NCBI GenBank assembly: GCA_019057815.1
Contig: JAHLWR010000018.1
Coordinates: 1-64,000 of the forward strand
DNA length: 64,000 bases
Direction: 5' to 3'
Source: Candidatus Heimdallarchaeota archaeon
Lineage (GTDB): Archaea > Asgardarchaeota > Heimdallarchaeia > Heimdallarchaeales > Heimdallarchaeaceae
Shown here: piece by piece, positions 41,525 through 51,712 of the stretch
Numbering within the stretch: position 1 is the stretch's first letter
Layout: every line of letters begins with the position of its first letter
The notes under the pieces: model-generated
What the model saw: only the letters and a program-made list of their open reading frames with translations
Database searches by the model: none
What the model was told of the DNA's origin: nothing
Program-made: the position numbers and the translations under genes

Positions 41525-43687
41525 TTAATGATGATGATAATCAAAAAACTTCTTTACATTCTTGTATACTGCATCATTTTTAGGTTGAACAACCTTAAGA
41601 TTTTGAGTCAACCACAGTGGAATGTGTTTTTTATAATAATATCTCGCAAAGCGATAATCTAGTAAAATCACAACCGCATAATCTTCCAAACTTCTTATTG
41701 GTCTCCCAGCAGCTTGTGAAGCTCTCGTTAATGCAGGAATATTATAACCAAATTCACGTCCTTTCGTCGGAAATTTACTTTCAAGATAATCAATCGAAGC
41801 ATCTACAGTAGGACAAGGTTTTGCATAAGGAATACCAACAATTATTACTGTATGCATTTGTTCAGAAGGGTAATCACTTCCTTCTGATGCTCTACCACCT
41901 AACACCGAAAGTAATACTCCACCTGTTTTTCTTGCTTCGTTCTTGTATTTTAGAATTAACTCATCACTTTCTTTTGATGACATACCCTTCAAAGCGATGT
42001 AAAGGGGCTTTGAAACCACTTTTTCTAATCCAGCATCTATAAGACTATTCATTATTGAATAACTTGCACAAAAGATTCCAACATTTTTTGGTGTTGCTTT
42101 AATAGCATCTTCAATCACCTTAACCATTATTGAAAAAGTAACCTTATTTCTATCAGCTAATTTTGTAGAAACTTTATCAATAACAATAGTAAAAACATTT
42201 TCTTTATCATAAGGAGAGGGTAAAGAAATCTCAAGTATTTCTCTATCTTGCAGTCCTATTAACGAAATATAAGATTCAATAGGATCTAAAGTCCCAGAGA
42301 GAGATACTGAACAATAAACTTTGGAGAAGATTTCTTCTGTTACTGTTCGTGGATCCAAAGATAATGAGAGGAGTGTAGGTTGTGAATCTCCTCTTTTTGA
42401 TTGGTACATAGAAATAAAATGAGCATAATCATGTCTATCCTTTGATTCTAAGAGATGTTCTAGATGCCTTGCAACTGCAGAAGAAAAAGCAATTGGAGCT
42501 TTGTTTCTTTTCGTCTGATCATTTTTAATTTGCTCTCCCAATTTTCCAATAGCATTAACAACATTTGAGTTGATTTCCATTGTTGAGCGTTTTTCTACTT
42601 TCCTTAAGAAGTCATTTGGATCAATTCTTACTTCAACTTCTGGGTCGAGTTCTTTGGAACTATCTTTGAGAACAGAGGAAATGGCCTCCATGATATCATA
42701 TTCTGCTCCTTGTTTGAATTTCAGAGCTTCGTCCATCGCACGATCCAGTGTAAAATTAGAAAGAGATGAGCTACTAGCATCTATAGCAGTAGAAGGTAAG
42801 TTGTGCGCTTCATCTATCACAACTATGATATCAGATAAATCTTTTTCTAGACTATTGAGAAACGTTGTTCTAATGTGGGGATTGAAAAGATATTGATAAC
42901 TAGCTGTGACAACATTGACCTCTTTTACAAGGTTTTTAGATACTTCAAAGGGACAAACCTCTAGTGTTTCAGAAAGTTCCATCAAATCCTTGCTATCAAA
43001 AACTTGATTCTCCGTAATTTCCGCTAATTTTTTTAATTTGTCTTTTTTTGCAAGATTGGCAAAATAAATGCATTTACCATCTTTCTTTAAATAACGGCAT
43101 ATTTCAGCAGCATTTGTTGAATCTGTTGAATATTTTTGTATGATAGGATGTAAACATAACTCTCTTCTTCCTCGAAGTGCGATTCCTGTTACAGGAGCTA
43201 ATTGCTTTACCATTTTCAATTCAGAAATAACTCTAGAAAGTTGTTGATGAGTTCTACAACAATAAACTATGGTTTTGTTTTCGTTTATGCTATATTGTAG
43301 AAGGGGTGATAATATAGCAATTGTTTTCCCTACACCATTTGCAGCTTGAACAATCGAATGAGCTTTTTTTTCGTAGCATTTTGAGATTATATCTATAATT
43401 TGCCTTTGAAGAGGTCTGATTTTGATATATGGAAAGTAATATTCCCATGATTTGCTGTTTGTTGAAGATTGAGTCTTCTTTATTTCACCATCTTTGACTC
43501 TATAAAATTCATTGGTTTTTTCTATGCTAGGATTACTCTTCTTTGAAACATCACTGCTCTTCTTGATGAAACCGCATTTTGGGCACTTAACTTGTAATCT
43601 AGTAAATTCCAAGAGTTTACCACAATCAGGGCAGAATTCATAACCTTCAGTTTCAAGATACGCAATTTTTCGATTAGAATCAAACAT
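41525..43687 (-). CDS. XPD/Rad3/DinG-family Fe-S DNA helicase with N-terminal zinc ribbon
   Basis: Q motif, AANGVGKT, Fe-S cysteines, DEAHN, SGTL, GRASEG, QAAGRPIR; N-terminal CPDC...CPKC. Confidence 0.92.
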   Translation of the reverse strand: MFDSNRKIAYLETEGYEFCPDCGKLLEFTRLQVKCPKCGFIKKSSDVSKKSNPSIEKTNEFYRVKDGEIKKTQSSTNSKSWEYYFPYIKIRPLQRQIIDIISKCYEKKAHSIVQAANGVGKTIAILSPLLQYSINENKTIVYCCRTHQQLSRVISELKMVKQLAPVTGIALRGRRELCLHPIIQKYSTDSTNAAEICRYLKKDGKCIYFANLAKKDKLKKLAEITENQVFDSKDLMELSETLEVCPFEVSKNLVKEVNVVTASYQYLFNPHIRTTFLNSLEKDLSDIIVVIDEAHNLPSTAIDASSSSLSNFTLDRAMDEALKFKQGAEYDIMEAISSVLKDSSKELDPEVEVRIDPNDFLRKVEKRSTMEINSNVVNAIGKLGEQIKNDQTKRNKAPIAFSSAVARHLEHLLESKDRHDYAHFISMYQSKRGDSQPTLLSLSLDPRTVTEEIFSKVYCSVSLSGTLDPIESYISLIGLQDREILEISLPSPYDKENVFTIVIDKVSTKLADRNKVTFSIMVKVIEDAIKATPKNVGIFCASYSIMNSLIDAGLEKVVSKPLYIALKGMSSKESDELILKYKNEARKTGGVLLSVLGGRASEGSDYPSEQMHTVIIVGIPYAKPCPTVDASIDYLESKFPTKGREFGYNIPALTRASQAAGRPIRSLEDYAVVILLDYRFARYYYKKHIPLWLTQNLKVVQPKNDAVYKNVKKFFDYHHH

Positions 43688-43973
43688 AGGCGTTGTTGCC
43701 TTTTTTATTTATTGTGATTAAAAGGTTTTGCACAAAACCTAATCTGTTGAAAAATTTTACCGAATTCACGTTACAAAGTGGTTATCAATTTAAATAAGAT
43801 AAAAAAAACTAAGAAATCCTAACTTCACAAATTCATCAGTTAGCAAGCTTTAAATACAACAAATGTCATTATTTATTTCGAACCAGAAATAACTATAGAG
43901 AATCATATTAGAATCTAAAAAATATCATTTGGATTCAAGGGGGTTCCACTGGAATTCAATAGTAACCTAGAGG

Positions 43974-45755
43974 TTGCTTATGTTGCATAAAGAAATGAAG
44001 CAAACAGATGAGGTCATGAATGATACCACGTTATTAGTGGAAACTATATCATCTGAGATAATTCAAGCTACAACTAAAATTTATGCGTGTTACCTTCCAG
44101 GAGAGATAAATTCACTCCTGTTTATCTGGAAAGACGAAAATTTTCTTAGTAGTTTTATTCAACATTTTAGTGATCTCAAAAAAGCAATAAAAGACAACTT
44201 AACCAGCCTTCCTTATGACAAATCAGATGAAATACTAATTGTTGCTAATCTACTTACAGAAATCCGCGAATATGATTTAGCAGTGAAAATATATCAAAAC
44301 TTGCTAAAAAGTAAACCAGAAAACTATTTTATTTGGGCAAATCTGATGACAATATACTTACATCAAGGGGATCACGTTAAATCAATGGAATGTTATATTT
44401 ATCTTCCCCCCGAGTTTTTGGAACAATCATCAAAGGAAAAGTTACATCCTGAATCAGATGCTTATCGTGTTCTTAATATCTCATCAGCCTACCCTTTACA
44501 TTCGTCTCTTCGTTCTTTAAGCAATAGAATTCAAGAATCTACAGAAATGCAACAACAATACGAACAAGAATTGAGGGAACTCTACTCAATAAAAGAATTT
44601 GTAGAAGGACAAGAAGCATTATCTAACGGGAATCCAAATGAAGCCCTAATATTATTATCAAGTGCAACTGCTAGCTACCCTGAAAGCCATATTCTTCACT
44701 ATTTTACCGGGAAAGCAGCTTTTGAAGGCAAGCACTACATAATAGCTGAAGAAAACTTCAAAAAAGCTATTCAATTAAAAAATAATATACCGGAGTATTG
44801 GAATGGTCTAGCAGAATGTTCTTTTGCTCAGCATAAAAATGATCAAGCAATAAAAGCCTTAAAATCCTCATTAACGCTTGATCACGAGTATTCTACAGGA
44901 TGGAAATTAGCAGGAAGGATGATTTCCACAATCGAATCTCAGGGTGATTATGATTATTTCATTGAACAATTGCAATTGATGCCATCTGCTGAATCTATTG
45001 TAAAATTTGTTGAAGGCGTTATTGAAAGAAAAAGATTTGAAACAGCATTTGAAATATTACAAGCTGGAGTTCAAAAATTTCCAGATGATATCCGATTGTT
45101 AGAAAACTTAGGATTAGTTTATGAAAGAATGGGAATGGTTGATGATGCAATAAGCACATACGAAGAACTTCTACTCTCTGGTAAGTCTATTCAGAAATAT
45201 TTGAAGAAAATAACTTCGATATTATCAGTTTTACATGATGACAAAAGATTAGTCAGAGTGCTTAAATTAGTCTCTTCATCACTACCTTGGGACGAATCAA
45301 CACTGTGGAATAAGATAGGTGATCTTTTAATGAAAGCTAAAGATTACTTAGGAGCAAGCGAGGCTTTTAGAAAAGTAATATCTGTAACAGATGATGACCC
45401 TAAGATCTTATTCAATTTAGCTTTAGCCTATCAAGAATTAAGATTGTATAAGAAAGCTGAGGAGATATATCAAAGAGTATTGAATTTAAATCCTAATGAC
45501 CATGCTACATTAAATAATCTAGGCAATGTATTAAAGGAGCAAAAACGCTATGATGAAGCTATAGAGTGTTACCAGAAAGCAACTGATATCGAACCAAAGA
45601 AAGCGATTTCATGGGCTAATTTAGGTATTCTATACGAAGAACTAAGACTAAAATCAGAAGCTAGAGAAAGTTATAACAAAGCAAAAAAAATAGCTATCCA
45701 AAACAAAGATTACAAATCAGCTGCAAAATTTGAAGAATGGGAAAATTCAGTTTAA
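43974..45755 (+). CDS. Tetratricopeptide repeat protein
   Basis: Multiple TPRs, e.g. LNNLGNVLKEQKRYDEAIECYQKA. Confidence 0.9.
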   Translation: MLMLHKEMKQTDEVMNDTTLLVETISSEIIQATTKIYACYLPGEINSLLFIWKDENFLSSFIQHFSDLKKAIKDNLTSLPYDKSDEILIVANLLTEIREYDLAVKIYQNLLKSKPENYFIWANLMTIYLHQGDHVKSMECYIYLPPEFLEQSSKEKLHPESDAYRVLNISSAYPLHSSLRSLSNRIQESTEMQQQYEQELRELYSIKEFVEGQEALSNGNPNEALILLSSATASYPESHILHYFTGKAAFEGKHYIIAEENFKKAIQLKNNIPEYWNGLAECSFAQHKNDQAIKALKSSLTLDHEYSTGWKLAGRMISTIESQGDYDYFIEQLQLMPSAESIVKFVEGVIERKRFETAFEILQAGVQKFPDDIRLLENLGLVYERMGMVDDAISTYEELLLSGKSIQKYLKKITSILSVLHDDKRLVRVLKLVSSSLPWDESTLWNKIGDLLMKAKDYLGASEAFRKVISVTDDDPKILFNLALAYQELRLYKKAEEIYQRVLNLNPNDHATLNNLGNVLKEQKRYDEAIECYQKATDIEPKKAISWANLGILYEELRLKSEARESYNKAKKIAIQNKDYKSAAKFEEWENSV

Positions 45756-45774
45756 ACATACATAGTGAACCTAA

Positions 45775-46308
45775 ATGCATGATACCGAGAAAAAAGAAAA
45801 ACTTGATTGGCAATTAGCACAGGAAAAGATAGCTAAATATCTATCCGCAAATAATTTTTCAATCTGGGAGGAGAGAAAAATTGGTAAAAAAAGGGTTGAT
45901 ATACTTGCAAAACGAGTTATCAACGATGTGATTTACTATTTAATTTTTGAAATAAAAAACTATAATAAGATATCTGCGAGCGAGGAAACAAAGTTCGAAG
46001 GACAATTATTAGAGTACTTAAAATCTCTTATCCTTAGAGAAAAGAAAAGAAAAAAACTGACAAATCTTTTAGATAAAAATATCTTTGTTGGATATTTGGT
46101 TTTTTCGAATGACTATGGTATATATCATAATAGGCGAAAAAACTGGAGAAAAACTAATGTTTTTGAAGGAGATGAAGAATTAAAAACAATCTGGAAAAGA
46201 AATGTTCATCTTTTTTGCTCAACACCAGGTTACATTCAAAAAAACCTTGATAGTATAGGATTACAATTGTATAAACAGAAAAAAATACTTGATTTCTTTG
46301 ATTCTTGA
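45775..46308 (+). CDS. PD-(D/E)XK nuclease-fold protein
   Basis: Q...IAKYL...RVDILAKR...IFEIKN. Confidence 0.6.
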   Translation: MHDTEKKEKLDWQLAQEKIAKYLSANNFSIWEERKIGKKRVDILAKRVINDVIYYLIFEIKNYNKISASEETKFEGQLLEYLKSLILREKKRKKLTNLLDKNIFVGYLVFSNDYGIYHNRRKNWRKTNVFEGDEELKTIWKRNVHLFCSTPGYIQKNLDSIGLQLYKQKKILDFFDS

Positions 46309-46407
46309 ATTGAGAATAATAATTCATAGGCTTTAAATAGAAGAATTCACACGATTTTATTGTATAATAAAAATAGTATTCTCGTTGAACTTTGAGATGA
46401 TAGATAA

Positions 46408-47301
46408 ATGGTAGTTGAGCCTACAATTTTCATAAAAGGAACTATTAACCGCTTATTTTCAAGGAGTTTTCTTGCGAAAAAGTTGGAATTAATTGGTTTT
46501 TCCATATCTGAAGGTTATCAATTTTCGAATCAAATTTACACAGATCTACTTAGATTAGAGAAAAAACAGTTGTCAAAAAGCTACTTCGATAAGTTTGTAT
46601 ATAATCATCTAAAAAAAAAGTATAATGAGAATATTGCAGAAAAGTATATTCTTATAGAAAATTGGTATGATTCAGGTATCCCACTATGGATTCTAATAAC
46701 AGGAGCTAAAGGAGTAGGTAAAAGCACATTATCTAGACAAATTGCATCAGACCTAGGGATTCAACACATTATAGAAACTGATGTTGTAAGAGATGTTCTT
46801 CGTAAGATTCTTTCAGCAGAAGTTACTCCTGAACTTCATGCATCTACATATAACGCATATAAAAAACTTAGACCCATTTATAGTAGCAGATTTGATGAAG
46901 TGATAATAGGCTTTGAAAACCATGCAAAATTTGTTAACATGGGTGTTGATGCTGTTTTATCGAGAGCAGAAATTGAAAGTGTTTCTATAGTAGTCGAAGG
47001 AGAACATTTACTGCCAGCGTTTTTTGATGAAATAATTCGAAAAAAAACAAATGTAATTTTTATAACTCTCGCTCTCTCTGATTCCGCACAACATCTTGAA
47101 AATTTGAACTCACAATACACTCAAGAAAAAGAGGATTTAATTAAACATTTTGAAGAAATTAGAAAAGTACATGATCACATTGTTAATGAAACTAAAATAC
47201 GAAAACTCCCTATAGTGGAACTGGAAAGTAGCCAAAAACCTATTCAGCAAGTTCGAAAACTTATTGTTGATAAAATAATTTCAATAGTTTCAACGAAATA
47301 G
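46408..47301 (+). CDS. 2-phosphoglycerate kinase family protein
   Basis: ATP-cone-like N-terminus, GAKGVGKST, TDVVRDVLR, PELHASTY, VEGEHLLP. Confidence 0.85.
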   Translation: MVVEPTIFIKGTINRLFSRSFLAKKLELIGFSISEGYQFSNQIYTDLLRLEKKQLSKSYFDKFVYNHLKKKYNENIAEKYILIENWYDSGIPLWILITGAKGVGKSTLSRQIASDLGIQHIIETDVVRDVLRKILSAEVTPELHASTYNAYKKLRPIYSSRFDEVIIGFENHAKFVNMGVDAVLSRAEIESVSIVVEGEHLLPAFFDEIIRKKTNVIFITLALSDSAQHLENLNSQYTQEKEDLIKHFEEIRKVHDHIVNETKIRKLPIVELESSQKPIQQVRKLIVDKIISIVSTK

Positions 47302-47335
47302 AAATTTTTTAAAACTCACTCAAAAATAATAAATA

Positions 47336-47390
47336 GCCTGTGATGTTATTGCAACGAGCTGAATGATGATGATCGACTTTTGACTGAGGC
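47336..47390 (+). ncRNA. Box C/D sRNA (2'-O-methylation guide)
   Basis: GCC-T-GTGATGT (C) TATTGCAACGAG CTGA (D') ATGATGA (C') TGATCGACTTTTGA CTGA (D) GGC; canonical spacing, GCC/GGC terminal stem, intergenic. Confidence 0.78.
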
Positions 47391-47409
47391 ACTATATTGA
47401 GAGATTACC

Positions 47410-47682
47410 ATGCCAAAATATTGCTATTACCACCCAGAAACAGAAGCTTTTAAAGAATGTGAAAACTGTGGGAAAATTCTGTGCTATAAATGTTCAATGT
47501 CTTACTGGAAAACCAACGCTCTTTCCTCAATGTTTGCTGCTCAAAAAAATGAAAAAGAAAAACTTACTTTATGTCCTTTATGTCTAAGGAAATCCAGAAT
47601 TCGAAATGCAGTAATTTCAGGGTTATTATTAATTCTAGTACTTGGTATCATTGCGGGTAGTATATTTTTTGCTGTTGTGTAA
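47410..47682 (+). CDS. B-box-like zinc-finger protein with C-terminal TM helix
   Basis: CYYHP...CENCGKILCYKC...LCPLC followed by a hydrophobic tail. Confidence 0.78.
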   Translation: MPKYCYYHPETEAFKECENCGKILCYKCSMSYWKTNALSSMFAAQKNEKEKLTLCPLCLRKSRIRNAVISGLLLILVLGIIAGSIFFAVV

Positions 47683-47695
47683 AAATAAAATATCG

Positions 47696-48661
47696 TTACT
47701 TTTTTGTATTATCGTTAGATTTTTCATTAATTTTCTCTTTTCCTTGAGAATTTTCTTTAGTATCAGTCTCAATATCCTCTTGATCTTTTATTTCTTCTAT
47801 AATTTTTTCAATTTCCTCTTTCAAATCTGCTTGACATATGGGGCATTCAGTGAAATTACTCGATATAACGGAAGCACATGAAGGGCATACAGTCGGATAG
47901 AATTCTTCACTATCCCAATCATAAGAGTAGGCCTTTTTCCCCCAAGTTTTGTCTCTCCACTTCCTTAGGTCTATATCTCCTTCTTCGTCCATAAATTCTC
48001 GAAGATCAATTGATGTTGAACTTACTAAACGCTTGGAAATTAACCTTTGATATAACCAGGTGAATAATGGGTAGAGAATAATATGCGAAATTAGAAAAAT
48101 TGTAAAACCTGGTGTTAAGGCTAGTTTGAGGTCATTCACAACAATGGGTAAGAGGAACGTGAGAATGATAGAACTTACAGCAAAAACAATTATTTCAGTT
48201 AAAGTAAAAACTATAAGTGAAACCGAAACAATTTTACTGAAGTCTTTGACTAGAATCTTTATCTTTGTTTTAGTTGGTAGAGGAGCTAAATCCAACTTCA
48301 AATATTTTATATTCCTACAGAAGTCACCCCAATATGTTTTAGTTATAAGAAAAGAGAGGAATGTTGTTAGTAAGATAAGGGGAATAAACAGTAAGAATGT
48401 TGCCCAGTACCTACTAGTGAAAATTCTTAGAAAAATTACAACTGTACTAAATTTATCTGCAAAATCAGTTTCAGCTTGTTTTAAAAGAGGATACATACTC
48501 CCTGAAACTGCAATGGAAAAAAAGACAAAATAAAAGAAAGAAGTAGCTACAACTAATAAATTTCCTAAAACATAATTTTTTTTCTCTAGAGCTTTTTCTT
48601 GCTTATCCCACAAATAGACTGGTTGTAATATTTCCGGCATTCTACTTGAAATTACTAACAA
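47696..48661 (-). CDS. Four-TM membrane protein with C-terminal zinc ribbon
   Basis: Hydrophobic helices; CPSC...CPIC; charged tail. Confidence 0.75.
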   Translation of the reverse strand: MLVISSRMPEILQPVYLWDKQEKALEKKNYVLGNLLVVATSFFYFVFFSIAVSGSMYPLLKQAETDFADKFSTVVIFLRIFTSRYWATFLLFIPLILLTTFLSFLITKTYWGDFCRNIKYLKLDLAPLPTKTKIKILVKDFSKIVSVSLIVFTLTEIIVFAVSSIILTFLLPIVVNDLKLALTPGFTIFLISHIILYPLFTWLYQRLISKRLVSSTSIDLREFMDEEGDIDLRKWRDKTWGKKAYSYDWDSEEFYPTVCPSCASVISSNFTECPICQADLKEEIEKIIEEIKDQEDIETDTKENSQGKEKINEKSNDNTKK

Positions 48662-48736
48662 GGATTACAAAAACTTATCTCCTTACTATTCTGTTAAAAT
48701 AGATTTTTAAACTGTGTAACGTTTCTGAATCAAACA

Positions 48737-49741
48737 ATGATATCAATAGGAATAGAGAGCTCAGCAGACAAATTAGGTATAGGAATAATAACTAATAAAG
48801 GAGACATTCTCGCTAATGTAAAAGAAACATACAAACCTCCTCATGGGAGCGGAATCCATCCAAGAGAAGCAGCTGAGTTTCATTCCATTAATATTGCTGA
48901 TGCAATTGGGAGAGCTCTGAAAGAAGCAAAAATAGCCTCAGAAATGATAGATTTAGTATCTTTTACAAAAGGACCAGGTTTAGGACCATGTCTCCGGGTT
49001 GGGGCCGTTGCGGCTCGAACTTTATCTTTAGCGATAAATAAACCTTTGATAGCTGTTAATCATCCTATTGCTCATGTGGAAATAGGTAGATATGTTGGAA
49101 ATTTGGAAGATCCAGTCGTTCTTTATGTTTCTGGAGGTAATACACAAATTATTGCATATTCTAACGGGAGATATAGAGTTTTTGGGGAAACCTTAGATAT
49201 TCCTATAGGAAACTGTTTAGATGTTTTTGGAAGAAATGCTGGTTTGAGCGACGCAAAACATCCAATGGGAAGAGTTGTTGAATTGGAAGCCTTGAAAGGA
49301 AAAAAGTATATTTCCATCCCTTATGTGATAAAAGGTATGGATGTCTCATTTTCAGGAATTCTAACTCACGTATCTAAACTTCTACAAAATGGTTCTCACA
49401 CTATACAAGATCTATCATTTAGTTTGCAAGAAACTGTATTTGCGATGCTAGTTGAAGTTACAGAAAGAGTTTTAGCTCACACAAAGAAGAATGAAGTTAT
49501 GGTTACAGGTGGTGTAGCTTCTAATAATCGCTTGAAAGATATGCTAGAACATATGGCTTCTTCACATGGTGCACGTTTCAAGGGTTTAAATGCAGATTTA
49601 GCTATAGATAATGGTGTGATGATAGCTTGGTTAGGAATTTTAATGTTTCAATCTGGAATAAGAACAAAAATTGAAGATACTCTTATAGATCAGCATTTTA
49701 GACCGGAGGATGTAGAAGTCAGCTGGAGAGAATCCGCTTGA
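48737..49741 (+). CDS. kae1: tRNA N6-threonylcarbamoyltransferase Kae1
   Basis: GIESSA, GIHPREAAEFH, GPGLGPCL, VNHPIAHVE, YVSGGNTQ, DNGVMIAW. Confidence 0.96.
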   Translation: MISIGIESSADKLGIGIITNKGDILANVKETYKPPHGSGIHPREAAEFHSINIADAIGRALKEAKIASEMIDLVSFTKGPGLGPCLRVGAVAARTLSLAINKPLIAVNHPIAHVEIGRYVGNLEDPVVLYVSGGNTQIIAYSNGRYRVFGETLDIPIGNCLDVFGRNAGLSDAKHPMGRVVELEALKGKKYISIPYVIKGMDVSFSGILTHVSKLLQNGSHTIQDLSFSLQETVFAMLVEVTERVLAHTKKNEVMVTGGVASNNRLKDMLEHMASSHGARFKGLNADLAIDNGVMIAWLGILMFQSGIRTKIEDTLIDQHFRPEDVEVSWRESA

Positions 49742-51057
49742 CAAGCAATCCTAAAGCAATTTTAATTGATTTACAAAAGAAAAATTTCTACAGCTTAACC
49801 CCATTAATCGCAACCATTGATAGAGATGAAAGGTTGAGGAATTTAGATTTAAAAACATTTGAAAGTTTGAATTCGCAAATTCTAAAAAACCATCTAAATA
49901 AATATGATGAAATTGTTGTAGCTATATCTTTCAGGTCAGCTCAGTTAACAGAAATTTATAATCAAATGAAGCAATTTTATGATAAACTTTCTTACTCAGA
50001 AATTAGAAAAATTACCTTCATTGCTGGTGGGAGTCATCCATCTGGGGATCCTTTAAACACCCTCAAAATGGGGTTCGATTATGCTTTTATTGGTGAAGCA
50101 GAATATTCATTGTCAGACTTTCTTAATAGATTCTTAGAAAAAAGAGATTTAAAAGCAACTCCAGGTGTTGCATATTTAGATGATAATAGAGAGACAGTAA
50201 AAAATCCCAACCCTCCATTGATTGATTTGAATGAATATCCTTTGGTTTCTCTGAAAAGAGGATTGTACCCTCCACTTGAAATTACTCGTGGATGTTCATT
50301 TGGTTGTAAATTCTGTCAAGTACCAAAATTATATCATCACAATGTACGTCATAGATCTCCAAATGTTGTTGTAAATACTGTAAAATGGATGATTTCCAGA
50401 AAATTGAATGATATTCGCTTTATAACCCCAAATTCATTTGGATATATGTCTAAAAGTCCACGTTCTGTCAACAAAGAAGCAATCTTACGGCTATTATCAT
50501 CAATTTCATCATTGGAAGGTATAAGAAGTGTTTATTTTGGAACTTTCCCAGGAGAAGTTAGACCTGAGACAGTCACAGAAGACTTAGTTTCTGCTGTTAA
50601 AAACCTTATAACAAACAGAAGAATTTCTATTGGTCTTCAGTCAGGAAGTGAAAAAGTTCTACAAAAAATAAAGCGAGGTCATTCAGTAGAAGAAGGAATA
50701 AAGGCAGTTAACATTTTAATTTCTGAAGGATTCCAGCCAATTGTGGATTTCATTTTTGGACTTCCTGGAGCATCTGAACAAGACGAGATTGAGTCTATAA
50801 ATCTTATTGAATATTTAGTAAAAGAGAATGCCATTATACGAGCACATGTTTTCATGCCTTTACCAGGTACGGATTTCGAAAATGAAACATATGGAAGAGT
50901 ACCTAATAAAATACGTAAAAAATTAGGTTTACTAACGAAAGAAGGAAAAATAGAAGGTAATTGGGCTACCCAAGAAAAGTATGTTGAAGAAGCTTGGAAA
51001 ACAGCAAAAGCGGTATCCCAAAATCCAATTATTAAGAGAGAAGATAATCACAACTAA
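49738..51057 (+). CDS. B12-binding-domain radical SAM protein (TIGR04013-like)
   Basis: AGGSHPSG, GEAE, EITRGCSFGCKFC, RFITPNSFGY, FPGEVRPE. Confidence 0.88.
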   Translation: MTSNPKAILIDLQKKNFYSLTPLIATIDRDERLRNLDLKTFESLNSQILKNHLNKYDEIVVAISFRSAQLTEIYNQMKQFYDKLSYSEIRKITFIAGGSHPSGDPLNTLKMGFDYAFIGEAEYSLSDFLNRFLEKRDLKATPGVAYLDDNRETVKNPNPPLIDLNEYPLVSLKRGLYPPLEITRGCSFGCKFCQVPKLYHHNVRHRSPNVVVNTVKWMISRKLNDIRFITPNSFGYMSKSPRSVNKEAILRLLSSISSLEGIRSVYFGTFPGEVRPETVTEDLVSAVKNLITNRRISIGLQSGSEKVLQKIKRGHSVEEGIKAVNILISEGFQPIVDFIFGLPGASEQDEIESINLIEYLVKENAIIRAHVFMPLPGTDFENETYGRVPNKIRKKLGLLTKEGKIEGNWATQEKYVEEAWKTAKAVSQNPIIKREDNHN

Positions 51058-51712
51058 TATCACTTTCTTTCAGATATCTTCCCCTAGCTTCAGCTTTAAG
51101 AGCTCGTTTAAGGATACTAGTTGAATTAGATGCAATTTTCTTGTATCCTTTTTGAAATGCAAAGAAGAATTCTTTGGAATATTCAGAATGTGTACTTGTA
51201 AAACATTTTTTCATTAATAACACGTCTACTGCTTTATCTTCAATTGTTTTTGAAAATTTACCAAGCCCGAAATCAATAAAATAAAGAGTATCTTCATAGA
51301 AGAGAATATTGCTCGTTGTTAAATCTCCATGAATTATATCATTATTGTGAAGTTTTCCAACCAACTCTCCTATTGTATAAACTAAATTAAGTTTTTCATC
51401 CAGAAATATCTCCTTATAGAGAACTTCTTTCACTTTTTCTCCTTTAATATTTTCCATTACAATAACATGATTTTCTAGATCCACCTCAAAAACATGAGGT
51501 GTTTTAATCCCAGCTTTTTTGGAAGCAACTAATAATCTAGTTTCTGCAATTGTCCTACTTTGCCTTAAAGATTCATCTATCTGTTTTAGTCTATATCCTT
51601 TGCTTACTCTAATTTTTTTTATGATCTCTAGTCCGAACCACATACCTTTTACAATTATGGCTTCGGCCCCCCATTCATCATAATTTTGATGTAAATTAGT
51701 TGTCGTAGGCAT
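51032..51712 (-). CDS. bud32: KEOPS kinase Bud32
   Basis: GAEA, KIRVSKGYR, IHGDLTTSN, IDFGL, EDKAVD, C-terminal RGRY. Confidence 0.94.
   Translation of the reverse strand: MPTTTNLHQNYDEWGAEAIIVKGMWFGLEIIKKIRVSKGYRLKQIDESLRQSRTIAETRLLVASKKAGIKTPHVFEVDLENHVIVMENIKGEKVKEVLYKEIFLDEKLNLVYTIGELVGKLHNNDIIHGDLTTSNILFYEDTLYFIDFGLGKFSKTIEDKAVDVLLMKKCFTSTHSEYSKEFFFAFQKGYKKIASNSTSILKRALKAEARGRYLKESDISCDYLLS

Noticed and set aside
43939-43954. GGGGGTTCCACTGGAA resembling an ORB (replication origin) element
   Set aside because: Single copy, G-string on the wrong side of the palindrome, and no canonical cdc6 adjacent.
43974-46308. TPR plus PD-(D/E)XK pair as a defence system
   Set aside because: No ATPase, methylase or other defence gene is adjacent and the flanks are housekeeping; evidence is insufficient.
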